Shown piece by piece: positions 46,409-57,092 of a stretch of 64,000 nt of DNA. A program made the position numbers and the translations under genes. Location of the stretch: IMG/VR virus record IMGVR_UViG_3300037114_000074. The stretch is one strand, 5' to 3'. Position 1 is the first letter of the stretch. Every line of letters begins with the position of its first letter. The notes below the pieces were generated by a model. It worked only from the letters and a program-made list of their open reading frames with translations. It had not been told where the DNA came from and ran no database searches. The stretch comes from an uncultured virus (IMG/VR IMGVR_UViG_3300037114_000074). Lineage: Duplodnaviria > Heunggongvirae > Uroviricota > Caudoviricetes.

Positions 46409-49400
46409 TTAATACACCGTCGCGCTGTTCAAAAGAACGATGGAGTCCCGGTCCCGCGGAAATGTCCACGAAGTCTCGGAAGCGCCGCTGTAGGTAGAGT
46501 CCTGCGAGCTCGTGTAGAGGTGGTAGGTCTTGTTCCCGAGCATCGTCGCGGTCACGGTCACTGAGGTCGTGTTGGCCGTCGTCACCGGAGCGTTCGTCGG
46601 AATACGCACCAGCACGATGCCGTTTGCGAAATCCCGTCTCCAAATCTGCTGACCGGAGATTGTCTGCCACGCCGCTGTCTGAATAGCCCCTTGCGCGGTG
46701 GTGAGCGGCTGGCCCAAGTACTCATAGCCTTGCGTCGAGGTGAGGCCCGCGCCCTCGTTCATCACGTCGAGGTTGAACTGCGCGGCGCTGTTGTATCCGG
46801 TCGAGGTCGAGTTTGCCGTGACCGCGTAATAACATCCAAGCACCATTGATGCCCCGATGGTATAGCGCACGGCTTGCCAGTTGGGGTCGCTTCGGAGCGT
46901 GGATGCGTAATCCTGTCCGGTGGTCCCCGACATGCTGTCGGCGTGCCAGATGCAGCCGCTATTGGGAAGGCCGGTCCACATTGTCTGGGCCTGCTGGACT
47001 ACTGAGAGGACGCGCGCCCAGCTCACGGTCTCCTGCGAATACGACTGGCCTGACATTGACTCCAGATATGGGACATCCAGCGTGTTAGTAAGTCCGGTGA
47101 GCGTAATACCGGGCCCGACAGCAGCAGCAACATTGCCTCCTTGAATGTAGGTCGATGGTGCAGCCGAGCGCAGCGCCGACACGATCCCGGCCTCGCCCGT
47201 TCGCACCCACTGGTTGGGGTCAGGTTCACCGGGAGCGGATGAGGCTGTCAGGTTCCAGTACCCGGTCGCAACGGCACCGTGCTCGTAGTTATCAAAGAAC
47301 AGGCCGTCCATGAGAGGATTTGCGGTCTGTCCAACGCCATTGAAGTTCCAGCCCAAGAGCCACGGGGCATAGTACTGAGTAAAGGTTTGACTGCTGTAGG
47401 TTGGCGCGTAGGTGGTAACGTTGACTACCGGCTCACCACCATTCGTGACCACGGAGCCTGTACTTCCAGCGGCGTTGTAGAGCAGCCACTTGGCGCCCAG
47501 CAGGTACTCATAGAACGAGTAATAGACTGAACCTGAGCCTGTGGAGCCGGCTGGAACCGTTGTGGCGATGAAGTAATTGAGAACGCGCGCAGGAGCCGCC
47601 ATTACGTTCGCAGACTTGACTGACGCAGTTACAGTGGCGGCTGTACCTCCAGATGAATCATTCCAAGTTGGGTACCAACTCGTCAATGAATAATGTCTGC
47701 GACTGGCCATCTGCGTCCACGTCACGCCTGCCGTAGCAGTAGTTTCTGTCTCTGTCCCTCCATAACTCGTCATCGCCAGCAGCGGATAGCCGTCCTGCTC
47801 AAACGCCGCGCCGAGCGCTCCGCCCGTAGTCGAGGCCGCGGAGTAGCTACCGGCGCCCACGTTCCACTGGTTGGCGGGCTGCGGCTGGTAGCTGTTGGCG
47901 TTGAAGCCCCAGAAGCCAATGGAGCCGTATGCCACATGGCTGAACGTGCCGGTGGGCGCTGCTGAGTTGTCCAGAACCGTGAGGTTCTTGTTCCATGTGG
48001 TGTTCTTGAAGTACGCGGCAAGGGCGGTGTTGGTGCTGGCGCCGGCCTCGCTGGTGCCGCTCACAGCCGCCGTCCCGTCCATGATGTTGTTGGTGATTGT
48101 CCAGCGGTCGGTGTACAGCGTGTTTGGGCCGGCGCTGTCATCGTAGATGCTGGCCGTGTACAGACCGCTGTTCTGGAGGTGGGCCGTATCGATAATGAAT
48201 GTGTTGTGGTCGATTGTTGCGTCAGGAACGATGCCGTCCGTCCAGATGCCATAACCCTGATCGACAGTGCCGGAGACCGGAACGCCGGGCTGTATCTGGC
48301 AAATGTTGTTCGAGAAGTTTACGCGCCCGGTCCACCCCTCGGCGCTGTGATCGGCGCTGAAGAAGTACGCGCAGGAGTTCACCCCATAGATTTTATTGTC
48401 ATGAGCGCTGAAATCAGACACGTAGATCCACGGATTCTGCGTGGTCATCGTCGTGTTGTATGCCACGCCGCCTGCGCTCCACGCGGTGAACGCAGAGCTG
48501 TTGATATTGGTGGTCGCGGTCCAGGCGCCGGACGAGCCGCCGGTCGCGGTGACGGTCCCCTGGATGTTGTTGATCTGCGTCATGCCGGTGGTAATGGCAG
48601 ACACGATGATGCTGTTCGAGCCACTCACGGTGCTGAAGGGATTGGTGCCCTGCACGGTGCTGACGGTGACGACGGCTGACGACGCCTTAGTGATGCCGCT
48701 CACCGTATAACCGCTGCCTACGGAAGCGGTCTGGTCACGCGCGCCAATCACGAACGAGCGGCCGTGCTGGCCCTCGGACGCCACGCCTGACCAGTTGCCT
48801 TGATGCAGGTTGCCGTAGGCGGCGACCCGCTGCCCCATCTTCAGCTCGAAGTGATTCTTGGGGCTCTCGCCCAGCTCGTTCGCCAGCCACTGCGTGGGCT
48901 TGGTGTTGTAGTTGTAGCGATAGACGACATCGTGGGACTGGTTCGCCTGCGCGATATACGTCCCACCGAGCATCATCCCTTCGCTCTGGCCCTCAAGATA
49001 GGTTTGCTCGACAGCAATCGGACCACCGCCGAACGTAAAGATGCCGTTGGCGTCCCCGCCCGCCGCCCCGCCGCTGCCGGAGTCGTTAGTGATGCCGCGG
49101 ATGTAGCTTTGGTGTACGAAAAGGTTGTTGCACCCCGAGCCGATGCCATGAGTTACGAAGCTCATGCCGCTGCCGTAGGTGGCCGTGTCCGGCCCGATCA
49201 GGTCGCGGTCGAAGTAGATGCTGGCGCAAGGCGTGGGCGTATTGCCGGCGGAGGCAATGTTGCCGGCGTACACCGCGTAAAACATCTGCGTGGTGATGCT
49301 CGGCGTCGGGGTGATGTTGATCCCGACGATGCGCACCTTGGTGGCAGCAGGGGGGATGATGAGACCATCGCCCTGGTTCCCGTAGGGAAAGCTGATAGTC

Positions 49401-50491
49401 GCCATCGACGGAATGTCGAACGGCGTCACGCCGCTTAAGACGCACGGGTAGATCGTCGCGCTCGCCGCATTGACGAGTCCAACAGACCACGAGACCGTGG
49501 TCAGCCCGTTGGTGTAGATCACCGAGCGGGTGTCTGGAACCGCCCCGGCAGTCGTCGGCTTGAAGAGTGTCGGGTAATTGCCCGAGCGCCCGGCCCACGG
49601 GGTCGTGAGAGTTGCACTTACCGCTGAAGCCGCCAGCGTGCCAGTGATCGGCGCGGGGCTGTAATCCAGCGGCGTGCTGTTGGTCGTGTACGCAGGCAGA
49701 GTTCCGGAACCGTTGTAGCCGGGGTCCTGGCTGGAGACGAGGTAGGTCCAGCCACTAGCTCCAGTGAACGCCGGCATGGTGAAGTTGCCGGAGTACGTCG
49801 CCCCAGCAGTCGCAACGATCACATCCCCGCCAGCGATGTTTGCCGCGCTCAGTGCGTACTGCAGCCCGCAGCCGGTGGCAACGCCCCCTGAAGGCGTGCA
49901 GCTTTGGCTATTGGTGGTGGTGTTGGTCGCCTTCCACGTCGTGCCGCCTGTGGGCAGCGAGTAGGCGACGACCCATGAGGATGGGTCAGTGGGCGCTGTG
50001 GGAGCCGTGGTCGCAGTTGTGGTGCCGGCGAGTGTCGTGAACGACCAGGAAGGCGACGGCGCGCTCTCCACCCCGCCTAAGACCGCCGTGTAGTAATAGG
50101 TGTAGTTGGTGCTGTAGGTCAGCGATTGATCAAGGTAGAAGATCTGCGGCTGCGCGCCGGTGTCCGGTGGCGTAGGGACGATGCCGGTGGCGAGCTGCGT
50201 GCCGTTGCGGTACAGGTTGTAGGTGTACGGCGGGGTCGGCGTAGCGACGTTCGGCGGCCACGCCCCGACCTCCGCCGCGGTGCTCGAGACCACCCCGGGC
50301 CAGATCGCTTGCGGAGCGGGTGGCAGCGGATTGCCACTGCACAAGATCCCCGCGCCGGTCGACAGCAGCGAGCCGTTGGACAGCACGATGCAGCCCTGCG
50401 CGGCGGTCTGCGGCGCCGGAACCAGTGCCGCCGAGAGTGCGAGCAGGGCGAGCGAGAAGAAGCGGGTGATCTTATTCATAGCTGTCCCCAA
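46409..50491 (-). CDS. Large multidomain carbohydrate-active/receptor-binding protein (FN3 + beta-helix + GHL15-like domain)
   Basis: Signal-like N-terminus; FN3 YNLYRNG..YYYTAV..ESAPS; parallel beta-helix Asn ladders (KNHFELK, IDHNTF, ITNNI); DGLFFDN, YLGQPL, IWRRDFANGIVLV. Confidence 0.75.
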   Translation of the reverse strand: MGTAMNKITRFFSLALLALSAALVPAPQTAAQGCIVLSNGSLLSTGAGILCSGNPLPPAPQAIWPGVVSSTAAEVGAWPPNVATPTPPYTYNLYRNGTQLATGIVPTPPDTGAQPQIFYLDQSLTYSTNYTYYYTAVLGGVESAPSPSWSFTTLAGTTTATTAPTAPTDPSSWVVAYSLPTGGTTWKATNTTTNSQSCTPSGGVATGCGLQYALSAANIAGGDVIVATAGATYSGNFTMPAFTGASGWTYLVSSQDPGYNGSGTLPAYTTNSTPLDYSPAPITGTLAASAVSATLTTPWAGRSGNYPTLFKPTTAGAVPDTRSVIYTNGLTTVSWSVGLVNAASATIYPCVLSGVTPFDIPSMATISFPYGNQGDGLIIPPAATKVRIVGINITPTPSITTQMFYAVYAGNIASAGNTPTPCASIYFDRDLIGPDTATYGSGMSFVTHGIGSGCNNLFVHQSYIRGITNDSGSGGAAGGDANGIFTFGGGPIAVEQTYLEGQSEGMMLGGTYIAQANQSHDVVYRYNYNTKPTQWLANELGESPKNHFELKMGQRVAAYGNLHQGNWSGVASEGQHGRSFVIGARDQTASVGSGYTVSGITKASSAVVTVSTVQGTNPFSTVSGSNSIIVSAITTGMTQINNIQGTVTATGGSSGAWTATTNINSSAFTAWSAGGVAYNTTMTTQNPWIYVSDFSAHDNKIYGVNSCAYFFSADHSAEGWTGRVNFSNNICQIQPGVPVSGTVDQGYGIWTDGIVPDATIDHNTFIIDTAHLQNSGLYTASIYDDSAGPNTLYTDRWTITNNIMDGTAAVSGTSEAGASTNTALAAYFKNTTWNKNLTVLDNSAAPTGTFSHVAYGSIGFWGFNANSYQPQPANQWNVGAGSYSAASTTGGALGAAFEQDGYPLLAMTSYGGTETETTATAGVTWTQMASRRHYSLTSWYPTWNDSSGGTAATVTASVKSANVMAAPARVLNYFIATTVPAGSTGSGSVYYSFYEYLLGAKWLLYNAAGSTGSVVTNGGEPVVNVTTYAPTYSSQTFTQYYAPWLLGWNFNGVGQTANPLMDGLFFDNYEHGAVATGYWNLTASSAPGEPDPNQWVRTGEAGIVSALRSAAPSTYIQGGNVAAAVGPGITLTGLTNTLDVPYLESMSGQSYSQETVSWARVLSVVQQAQTMWTGLPNSGCIWHADSMSGTTGQDYASTLRSDPNWQAVRYTIGASMVLGCYYAVTANSTSTGYNSAAQFNLDVMNEGAGLTSTQGYEYLGQPLTTAQGAIQTAAWQTISGQQIWRRDFANGIVLVRIPTNAPVTTANTTSVTVTATMLGNKTYHLYTSSQDSTYSGASETSWTFPRDRDSIVLLNSATVY

Positions 50492-52402
50492 TCAATACGG
50501 AAGCCATGTCGTTGCCGGAGCGTTGGCAGGGGTGCCGCTGACGGCGTTGTAGACCATCTCGAAACAGGGACCATTCCCGCTTGCTGGCCCCAAGGTTGTC
50601 GGGAATCCCGACGTCGCTGTCGCGGGCGTCGTCACTGTCCACGTGATCGTGCCAGTGAGGTTCTTAAAACAGATGCGGCGCCGTTCACCGTCGCTCTGTG
50701 GAGCCGCGAGCGTGACCGTGAATGCGCCTGAGGCGGTGTTGGCCGATTCGTAGACCGTCTGTAGTTTGGTCGCAAGGGTATCGGAAGTCGTTCCGGTGTT
50801 CACCGCCCTCATGGCGCTCGTGACGTTCAGATAACTCCCAAGAACTATCTCGTTAGACCCGCCACCGATGGTCACTGAACCTGTGTCTGCGCCAGTGCCG
50901 ATGGTTGTAGCGCTGGCGCCATCCGCATCAATACTCGCTCCGCCTGTAACGGTCATCCCACCGTTAAACAGCGCTTCCCCACTCAGAACACCCATTGCCC
51001 ATTTCGCGGAGCACGTAGCATTGGTGCCGCACGAAGGGATGCCAAAAGTCACGCCGAAGACATTCGAGTACGTTGTCGCCGTACTCGCCGCCGCAGTGAA
51101 GGTCGGGAAAGCAAATCCAGTGAAAGTGCTTATCGTTCCACCCGTGCCGCTCGAGTCAGTGTAGGTGGGGAAGGCGGTCACCAGCCCTACGCCATTGGAG
51201 AGAGTGGCGCCAGTGGAAATGTTGCCCGCGATCGAAAGGCTGTTTAAGGTGTAGGCGGTGCCTGTGCTCAACGCGTTTGCCGTCACCGTTCCCGTGCCAG
51301 TGGGACCCAGGGTGCAGCCCGTGCCGCAGAGCATCGCGGCGGACGTGTTCGTGCCGCCGGTGAGTCCGCTGAAGGCCCCGCCCCCGCCGCTGCTGAACAA
51401 TGTCGCGAGTGCAGTGCCCGTGACGCTTTCGGTCGCGGTCGCCGATTGCGAGTAGATCAGGAACAGGTCCGCCAGCGCCGGCGTCGTGTCGGCCGTCAAA
51501 CCGGCGAGGGTGTTGACGGACTGCCAGGTGGGCGGCGAGACGGTGCCGGCAGAGGCGAGGATCTGGCCTGACGTACCGCTGGGGATTACGCCGCCGTTGC
51601 CGGTAGACGTAAGCGAGACGGCCGCCGCGGTAAGCGTGTTCCACGTGCCATCCCCGCGCCAAAAGGTCGAGGCGCTCGCGCTCGTGCCCCCGTTCAGGTT
51701 GCCTACGGGTAGATTGCCGGTCACGCCTCCCGGACCCGAAGCCGTCAACGAGATCACCGAAGGCGTGATGGTCCCGGAGCCGCTCGTCGTGAGACTAGCG
51801 CCAGAGCCCACCACCATCGCAGCGGTCGTGTTCGTGCTGCTTGTGATTCCACTGAAGGTCCCGGAGCCGCCGCCGGAGCCGCAGGCGAAGCCCGCGCCCG
51901 CGACCACCCCGGCGGAGTTGACCTGCAGGCACTGCGTCGAGCCCGTGGGGGTGCTCTGCGTGGCGAACGTACCGAAGGGCGTGCCGAGCGTCGAACTGCA
52001 GGTGATCGTGAGCGAGCCGGAGGTCGTGCAGTCCCCGCTTAGATTCCCCACACTGATCGTCGTGGCGCCGGTGAACGCCGCGAGATTCCCGCTGGCCGGA
52101 AAGCCGCTGGTGTTGACGGTGCCGGTGCCCACCGCGCTCCACTGCAGGGCCGTCCCGTTCCAGTAAAGGAAGCCGACCGTGTAGGTGGGGAAGAAATTCC
52201 CAGACCCCAGCAGGAAGGTTGAGATCTGATCCGGCGTCAGGTTCACCGTGCAGCCGGTGCAGGGGAAGGTCACAGACTGGTCCGCGAGGATGCGCTCGGT
52301 ACCCGTGAGCACGCCGGCATTCGGGTAGCTGCCGACCTCTTGAGCTGCACCTACTGCCGGCAAGAGCAGGCAAATCAAAATGGCTAAACTTAACCGCTTC
52401 AT
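50492..52402 (-). CDS. Tail-fibre-like Gly/Thr-rich protein with signal-like N-terminus
   Basis: [26 protein letters not shown] fibre motif; internal repeat [14 protein letters not shown] / [14 protein letters not shown]. Confidence 0.7.
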   Translation of the reverse strand: MKRLSLAILICLLLPAVGAAQEVGSYPNAGVLTGTERILADQSVTFPCTGCTVNLTPDQISTFLLGSGNFFPTYTVGFLYWNGTALQWSAVGTGTVNTSGFPASGNLAAFTGATTISVGNLSGDCTTSGSLTITCSSTLGTPFGTFATQSTPTGSTQCLQVNSAGVVAGAGFACGSGGGSGTFSGITSSTNTTAAMVVGSGASLTTSGSGTITPSVISLTASGPGGVTGNLPVGNLNGGTSASASTFWRGDGTWNTLTAAAVSLTSTGNGGVIPSGTSGQILASAGTVSPPTWQSVNTLAGLTADTTPALADLFLIYSQSATATESVTGTALATLFSSGGGGAFSGLTGGTNTSAAMLCGTGCTLGPTGTGTVTANALSTGTAYTLNSLSIAGNISTGATLSNGVGLVTAFPTYTDSSGTGGTISTFTGFAFPTFTAAASTATTYSNVFGVTFGIPSCGTNATCSAKWAMGVLSGEALFNGGMTVTGGASIDADGASATTIGTGADTGSVTIGGGSNEIVLGSYLNVTSAMRAVNTGTTSDTLATKLQTVYESANTASGAFTVTLAAPQSDGERRRICFKNLTGTITWTVTTPATATSGFPTTLGPASGNGPCFEMVYNAVSGTPANAPATTWLPY

Positions 52403-52415
52403 GGAAATAAATTCC

Positions 52416-53351
52416 TTACTGGATAGTCACGGAGTGATTTCCGCCAGAAGCAAGAATGGCTGCGTAGCCGCTACTTGAACCAGTCCAACTCCAAAATGTA
52501 TATCCGCTCGATTGGCTGTACGAAGCACTCGAAGACGCATACGGATTGTCGCCGTCAACTACCATCACAGCGAAATAATTCTGCGGCAAATTCCCGTGAA
52601 TTACGAGGAGCGTCCCGTACGAATAAGGTATTGGGGACCCTGACTCGCTTCCGTAGACAGCGCCGATAGCATTGCCGTGGATATCTGATCCCGGAGAGAT
52701 CGAACCCATTACAGTGCCTCCCGTAAATGCAGAGAGTGACCAGCCAAACTGTCTAATCTCGACGGAACCGGACCCGGTGCTGATCTCGCCCGCCGACACG
52801 GTGCCGTTGTAGATATACGCAGAAGTCGTGTTCTGGAGTGAGCAGTTGACCGTGTTGGTGTTGATGCTGGTGACGCCATCGGAGATCGTGCAATAGATCT
52901 GTCCGCTGACGGACTGGCCTGCGGGGACCGTGCCGGTGATTGCCGTCGTGGCGGAGTTCGGTGCCGTCAACGTAAAGCCCGAGCCATTGGCAATGTGCCA
53001 GACGTAGGTGTAAGTGCCTCCCCCTTTGCTGCCGGCACAAGTCGTCGTGTTGCTCGTAACAGTGCCCGATGGATTCCCGGCTGCGGCGGAACCCGACACG
53101 GCACTGGGTTGCGTGAGCACAGCGACGCCCGTGGACCCATAGGCTGCGAAAATCGTGTTGAGGTCGGCCCCGCCACTCTCCTTGAAGTTGGTGACCGCCG
53201 CTGCCACGCCCGCCGAGAGCTTCGCGTAGCGGGCGTTCAGGTCAACGCCCGCGATCTCAAATTCCGTCGCCGCCGCTTGTGACCACCCGGTCTGCCAGGG
53301 GGCGAAGATGCTGTCGAGGTCGACCGCCACGTCTTTAAACCCAGAGGCCAT
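52416..53351 (-). CDS. Tail fibre-associated protein
   Basis: Repeated DLxxxF/Y motif at the N-terminus; Ig-like middle region; lower-GC variable C-terminus. Confidence 0.65.
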   Translation of the reverse strand: MASGFKDVAVDLDSIFAPWQTGWSQAAATEFEIAGVDLNARYAKLSAGVAAAVTNFKESGGADLNTIFAAYGSTGVAVLTQPSAVSGSAAAGNPSGTVTSNTTTCAGSKGGGTYTYVWHIANGSGFTLTAPNSATTAITGTVPAGQSVSGQIYCTISDGVTSINTNTVNCSLQNTTSAYIYNGTVSAGEISTGSGSVEIRQFGWSLSAFTGGTVMGSISPGSDIHGNAIGAVYGSESGSPIPYSYGTLLVIHGNLPQNYFAVMVVDGDNPYASSSASYSQSSGYTFWSWTGSSSGYAAILASGGNHSVTIQ

Positions 53352-54406
53352 TACCTGTTACCTGGCTCAAGCGCCGCCACGCGCGCTTCCAACTCGCCGC
53401 GCGCGCGCCGCTCCTCGTTCAGCGCCTCGACCAGCAGTGCGATGACGCCCATCGGGTCGACGAACAGTGCCCCGTCTTTATTGCTCACAGCCTCAGGCAA
53501 TGCCTCGAGGAGCTGCTGCGCGATGATGCCGGCGGCCCGAACCCCACTCTCTTTCCAGGTGAACGTCACTCCATCGAGGAGATTAAGGCGCGCCAGGGCG
53601 TCTGGGATCGGCTCGATGTTGTCCTTCAAGCGCGCATCCGAGGACACGTTGAAGGACGAAGCCGTGAGCCCGCCTCCCGAGTCCCGCAGCGCCAGGGTGT
53701 TCGCCACGGCACCAACATTCGCCGACAACGAGTTGCCCACGAGATCGATGTTGGTCCCGTCCCCGTAAATCATTGTCGTGACGCCCTGCGGGACGATCAC
53801 CCCGGTGCCGGCGGCGGTCTTGCAGGTGACGGTGAAGGCGCCGGTGGTGGCGTTCTGGACCAGCCACCGGCTCGTCCACGGCGGGAGGATGATCTGTATG
53901 TTCCCGGTCAGTGTGCCAGCGAGCGTGAGGGTTGCTTTCGCGGCCTGCGGCGCGGAGAGCGTGACGTTCGCGTTGGTGAGTCCCGTGAGGGCCGTCAGTC
54001 CGTACTGCGCGAGCGGCGCCCAGCCCGAGCCCGCAGCCGCCGTGTCGGGATTTGCGGTATTGCCATTCGTCCCATTCAGCCAGAAGCCGGAGTTGTCTGC
54101 GGCGAGCACAATGGCGCCAGTGAGGTAGCCTCCATCCGCCGTGGAGATCGCGGCTGAGAACTGCTGGAACTGGCCGGCCGAGAAGGCGGCGATATTGGCG
54201 CTGACCGCGAACAGGATGCCGTTGAAATCCCGCACATCAGGCGGGGTCCCGGTCGCCCCTACCGTCTGCGGGGGGAATCCGTCGGTGTACGACGCGCGAG
54301 GGTTGGGCTGCTGCGAGGCCAGCGGGATCGGGGTCGTGATGTAACTGCCGCCGGCACCAGTGCCGAAGCCTTCAAGAATGACCGGTGGTGAGGGTACGCC
54401 TGGCAT
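53351..54406 (-). CDS. Tail fibre protein with peptidase S74 intramolecular chaperone
   Basis: ASYTDGFPP..PPDVRDFNGIL baseplate-anchoring N-terminus; SDARLKDNI..GIIAQ C-terminus. Confidence 0.85.
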   Translation of the reverse strand: MPGVPSPPVILEGFGTGAGGSYITTPIPLASQQPNPRASYTDGFPPQTVGATGTPPDVRDFNGILFAVSANIAAFSAGQFQQFSAAISTADGGYLTGAIVLAADNSGFWLNGTNGNTANPDTAAAGSGWAPLAQYGLTALTGLTNANVTLSAPQAAKATLTLAGTLTGNIQIILPPWTSRWLVQNATTGAFTVTCKTAAGTGVIVPQGVTTMIYGDGTNIDLVGNSLSANVGAVANTLALRDSGGGLTASSFNVSSDARLKDNIEPIPDALARLNLLDGVTFTWKESGVRAAGIIAQQLLEALPEAVSNKDGALFVDPMGVIALLVEALNEERRARGELEARVAALEPGNR

Positions 54407-54415
54407 AGAGTTGTC

Positions 54416-55288
54416 CTAAAGGTGTGTGACCGTCACGGCGACGCCGGTTGGATGCGGGACGGCGCCGGACTGTTCCACGATCGCCAACTGGATCGCGGTC
54501 GGTGCCCATCCCAGGTAATAGGTCATCGCCATGTTGCCGCTGTCCAGGCAGTACGTATCTCCAAAGCCCGGGAACAGTAGCCGCATGAGCTGGTTGAGTA
54601 CCGGGATGGAAGTGCGGCAGATGTTCGCGAACGCCTTGGCGTAGAGCAGCGTACGGTAGGCTGCGTCTGAAAGCGCATAGGTCTGTGTTGAGGTCGCCCC
54701 ATCGTAAAAGACACCCACGTCGAACGGGTAGCCACTCGCCGTGGCGCCTGAGCCATCCAGTCCCAGGTACTCCGCAGTGACCGGGATCTCCAGATACCGG
54801 CTCACCCCCAGAATCTTCCCCCAGAAGTCCAGGCCCCACGCCTGCGCGGTGTCGATGTTCCAGACGTACTGGTAGAAGTTATTCCAGTTCGCACTCTGGT
54901 CGAAATACTCCGCGAGGTTGTCGATGAGCTCTGTCAGCACCGGGCTCTGCGCGTACTGACTGATGAGCGTCTGGTCGATGTTCGGAGAGATCGCGATCGC
55001 CGAGATGCCAAGGTCCACCGCCGTGGGCACCGTGACGCGGTTATAGATCGGGTTCCCGTCGCTGTCGTCGACCTGGTTGCCGTCGGCATCCACCACGGGG
55101 TTCAGCACGATCGTCGTCGCCTGAACCAGCTTGTAGGCGGCGGGGGTCTGGAATGCGATGTCACCGATCGCGACATACGGATTGAGCGCCGGGGTCTCAG
55201 TCCCGAGGACGAGCCCGACCGCCTCGATGGCAGCCGTCGCCGCGGCAACGGTCATTCCGACGACGTTCGGTGTGGTGACGAGTGCCAC
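54416..55288 (-). CDS. DUF2612 baseplate wedge protein with N-terminal PASTA-like domain
   Basis: TLISQYAQSP, WNIDTAQAWGLDFWGKILGVSR; N-terminal PNVVGMTVAAATAAIEAVGL..QTPAA. Confidence 0.8.
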   Translation of the reverse strand: MALVTTPNVVGMTVAAATAAIEAVGLVLGTETPALNPYVAIGDIAFQTPAAYKLVQATTIVLNPVVDADGNQVDDSDGNPIYNRVTVPTAVDLGISAIAISPNIDQTLISQYAQSPVLTELIDNLAEYFDQSANWNNFYQYVWNIDTAQAWGLDFWGKILGVSRYLEIPVTAEYLGLDGSGATASGYPFDVGVFYDGATSTQTYALSDAAYRTLLYAKAFANICRTSIPVLNQLMRLLFPGFGDTYCLDSGNMAMTYYLGWAPTAIQLAIVEQSGAVPHPTGVAVTVTHL

Positions 55289-56730
55289 TAGACGAGGCTC
55301 ACGATGACGTTCGCCGCCGAAATAGTCGGCGCCTGGTCGATCCCGAAGGTCGCGGCGTCCCCAGGGGTACCAGTAATTGCCTCGGCGCTCGACACGGTGC
55401 CGGTCGCGTTCGCACTCATCTGGTAGGTGCCCACTCCACCGGCGGTTCCTGTGAGCTGCTGCACGATGTAGGTTCCAGCCGGGATGTCGGTCCCGCCGAC
55501 GACCGTGCCGAAGCTCAAAAGCCCGGTGCTTGCGGTTGTGACGGTGAGGACGTCCGACCCATTGACGAGCGTGGCGAGGCCCGTGAAGGCGGTGCCGATG
55601 CCGATCGAGAGCACGGGCACCACGATCCCCACACCCGCCGCGCCCTGCACCGCCGCCGCGTAGGTGAGCGCCACGAGCTGCGATCCGATGCGTGCGCGCG
55701 GCAAGCCCTGCGTCTGGCCGGTGAACTGGTTCACGATCGCCGTCTGCACGAGAGCCACGATATTGGCTGGCAGGCTCGCGAGGTTCGTGATCGAGATCGT
55801 GAAGTAGCAGTTGGCCGGGTTCTCGCTGTTGTTGTTGAACTTGACGGTGTACGCGGGCGGGCTCACGTAGTTTCCGGACGTGTCGTATACCGTCCCGCTG
55901 GTGTTGCCGTTGTAGTTGCACCCCGGGGACTTCTTGCTCCAGATCGCCTGCTCGATGGCCGCGGGCGCCCCGCCGATCACGCCCACGTAGATCGAATTGG
56001 CGGCGAGCGAAAGCCCAGTCGAGCCGTAGGTGATGGGGCTCGCGGTGTCGTTCTCGTAGAGGAATGCGTCTATCACGCCAGGCACCGCGAACACTGCGCC
56101 GTACACGGCCGCCTGCCAGCCCTGGGCGTTACCGGCGACGGAGTTCTGCCGGCGGAACTCCAGCGCGGTCGGCGTCTCGATCGCGGCACCCACGACCCCC
56201 GGGGCAGGATTGGTGATCGACTCCCAGCCGTTGATGCCCTGGTAGATGATCGTGAGCGTGCTGGCGGGACAGGCCACCGCCCCCACCACGACGTTCGCGA
56301 AGGTCAGGCTCACCGTGCCGCCCGAGCCAATCGTGCCGCCCGCCGTGCATTGATAGAGGTTGCCGCTCGTGTCCTGCGCCTGCGCGCCGGTGGGGATCGG
56401 CGTGCCAACCGCCCCGGTGCAGGTGCACTGCACGACGGTCGCGACGCCGGGATTGCGGTTGAGGAAGTAGATGCGCGCGATGGCGTCCTGCATAAACCCG
56501 ACCGCCGTGCCGGGTTCGATGCCGCTGACGATCGCGGCGAAGATGGCGTTGGCCGCCGCAACAGCGGCAGACTGCGCCGTCGCCCACAGGCCCTGCGGCG
56601 TGTTGAGTGCGGGGTTGAGGTTGCCGCCATACGCGGCGTTCATGTCCGCCTGGACGCCCGCGAGGACCTGCGCCTCGGCCGGCACCGACAGCCCGGTGGG
56701 CAGGAACAGGGTGGGTGGGACGTTCGTCAT
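55288..56730 (-). CDS. Baseplate J-like protein
   Basis: TPQG, MQDAIARIYFLNR, GWESITNP, ET...RR..SV. Confidence 0.9.
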   Translation of the reverse strand: MTNVPPTLFLPTGLSVPAEAQVLAGVQADMNAAYGGNLNPALNTPQGLWATAQSAAVAAANAIFAAIVSGIEPGTAVGFMQDAIARIYFLNRNPGVATVVQCTCTGAVGTPIPTGAQAQDTSGNLYQCTAGGTIGSGGTVSLTFANVVVGAVACPASTLTIIYQGINGWESITNPAPGVVGAAIETPTALEFRRQNSVAGNAQGWQAAVYGAVFAVPGVIDAFLYENDTASPITYGSTGLSLAANSIYVGVIGGAPAAIEQAIWSKKSPGCNYNGNTSGTVYDTSGNYVSPPAYTVKFNNNSENPANCYFTISITNLASLPANIVALVQTAIVNQFTGQTQGLPRARIGSQLVALTYAAAVQGAAGVGIVVPVLSIGIGTAFTGLATLVNGSDVLTVTTASTGLLSFGTVVGGTDIPAGTYIVQQLTGTAGGVGTYQMSANATGTVSSAEAITGTPGDAATFGIDQAPTISAANVIVSLV

Positions 56731-57092
56731 GAGAGTGAGAGCGTCTGCGTCACGTTGTTGACATCCACGAACTGCACCTGCCCCGTCACCTGGCGCCCGT
56801 TAACCAACTGGATCGTGCACACGGCCGACACCACCCCCGGGACGCTCAGCGCCGCGGCCTCGATCTGCGAGCGGATGAACGACAGCGGGGGGTTCTTGCC
56901 GAGGATCTTGCCCTTGTACTGCACACCGATGGTGGTGTCATAAAATACCTCCCCGAGAAACGTGCGTATCGCACTCGAGACGTCCTGTGCGATCGCGTAG
57001 GGCGGAGCGGCGACCGCCATGTTGCCAAATGCATCCAGGCACAGGTCCCAAGTCCCGATGTCGAGCAGCAAGGTGTCGTATGGCACGCTCAT
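56727..57092 (-). CDS. Baseplate wedge subunit (gp25/W-like)
   Basis: WDLCLD..GN..IAQDVSSAIRTFLGE..YDTT.G. Confidence 0.8.
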   Translation of the reverse strand: MSVPYDTLLLDIGTWDLCLDAFGNMAVAAPPYAIAQDVSSAIRTFLGEVFYDTTIGVQYKGKILGKNPPLSFIRSQIEAAALSVPGVVSAVCTIQLVNGRQVTGQVQFVDVNNVTQTLSLS

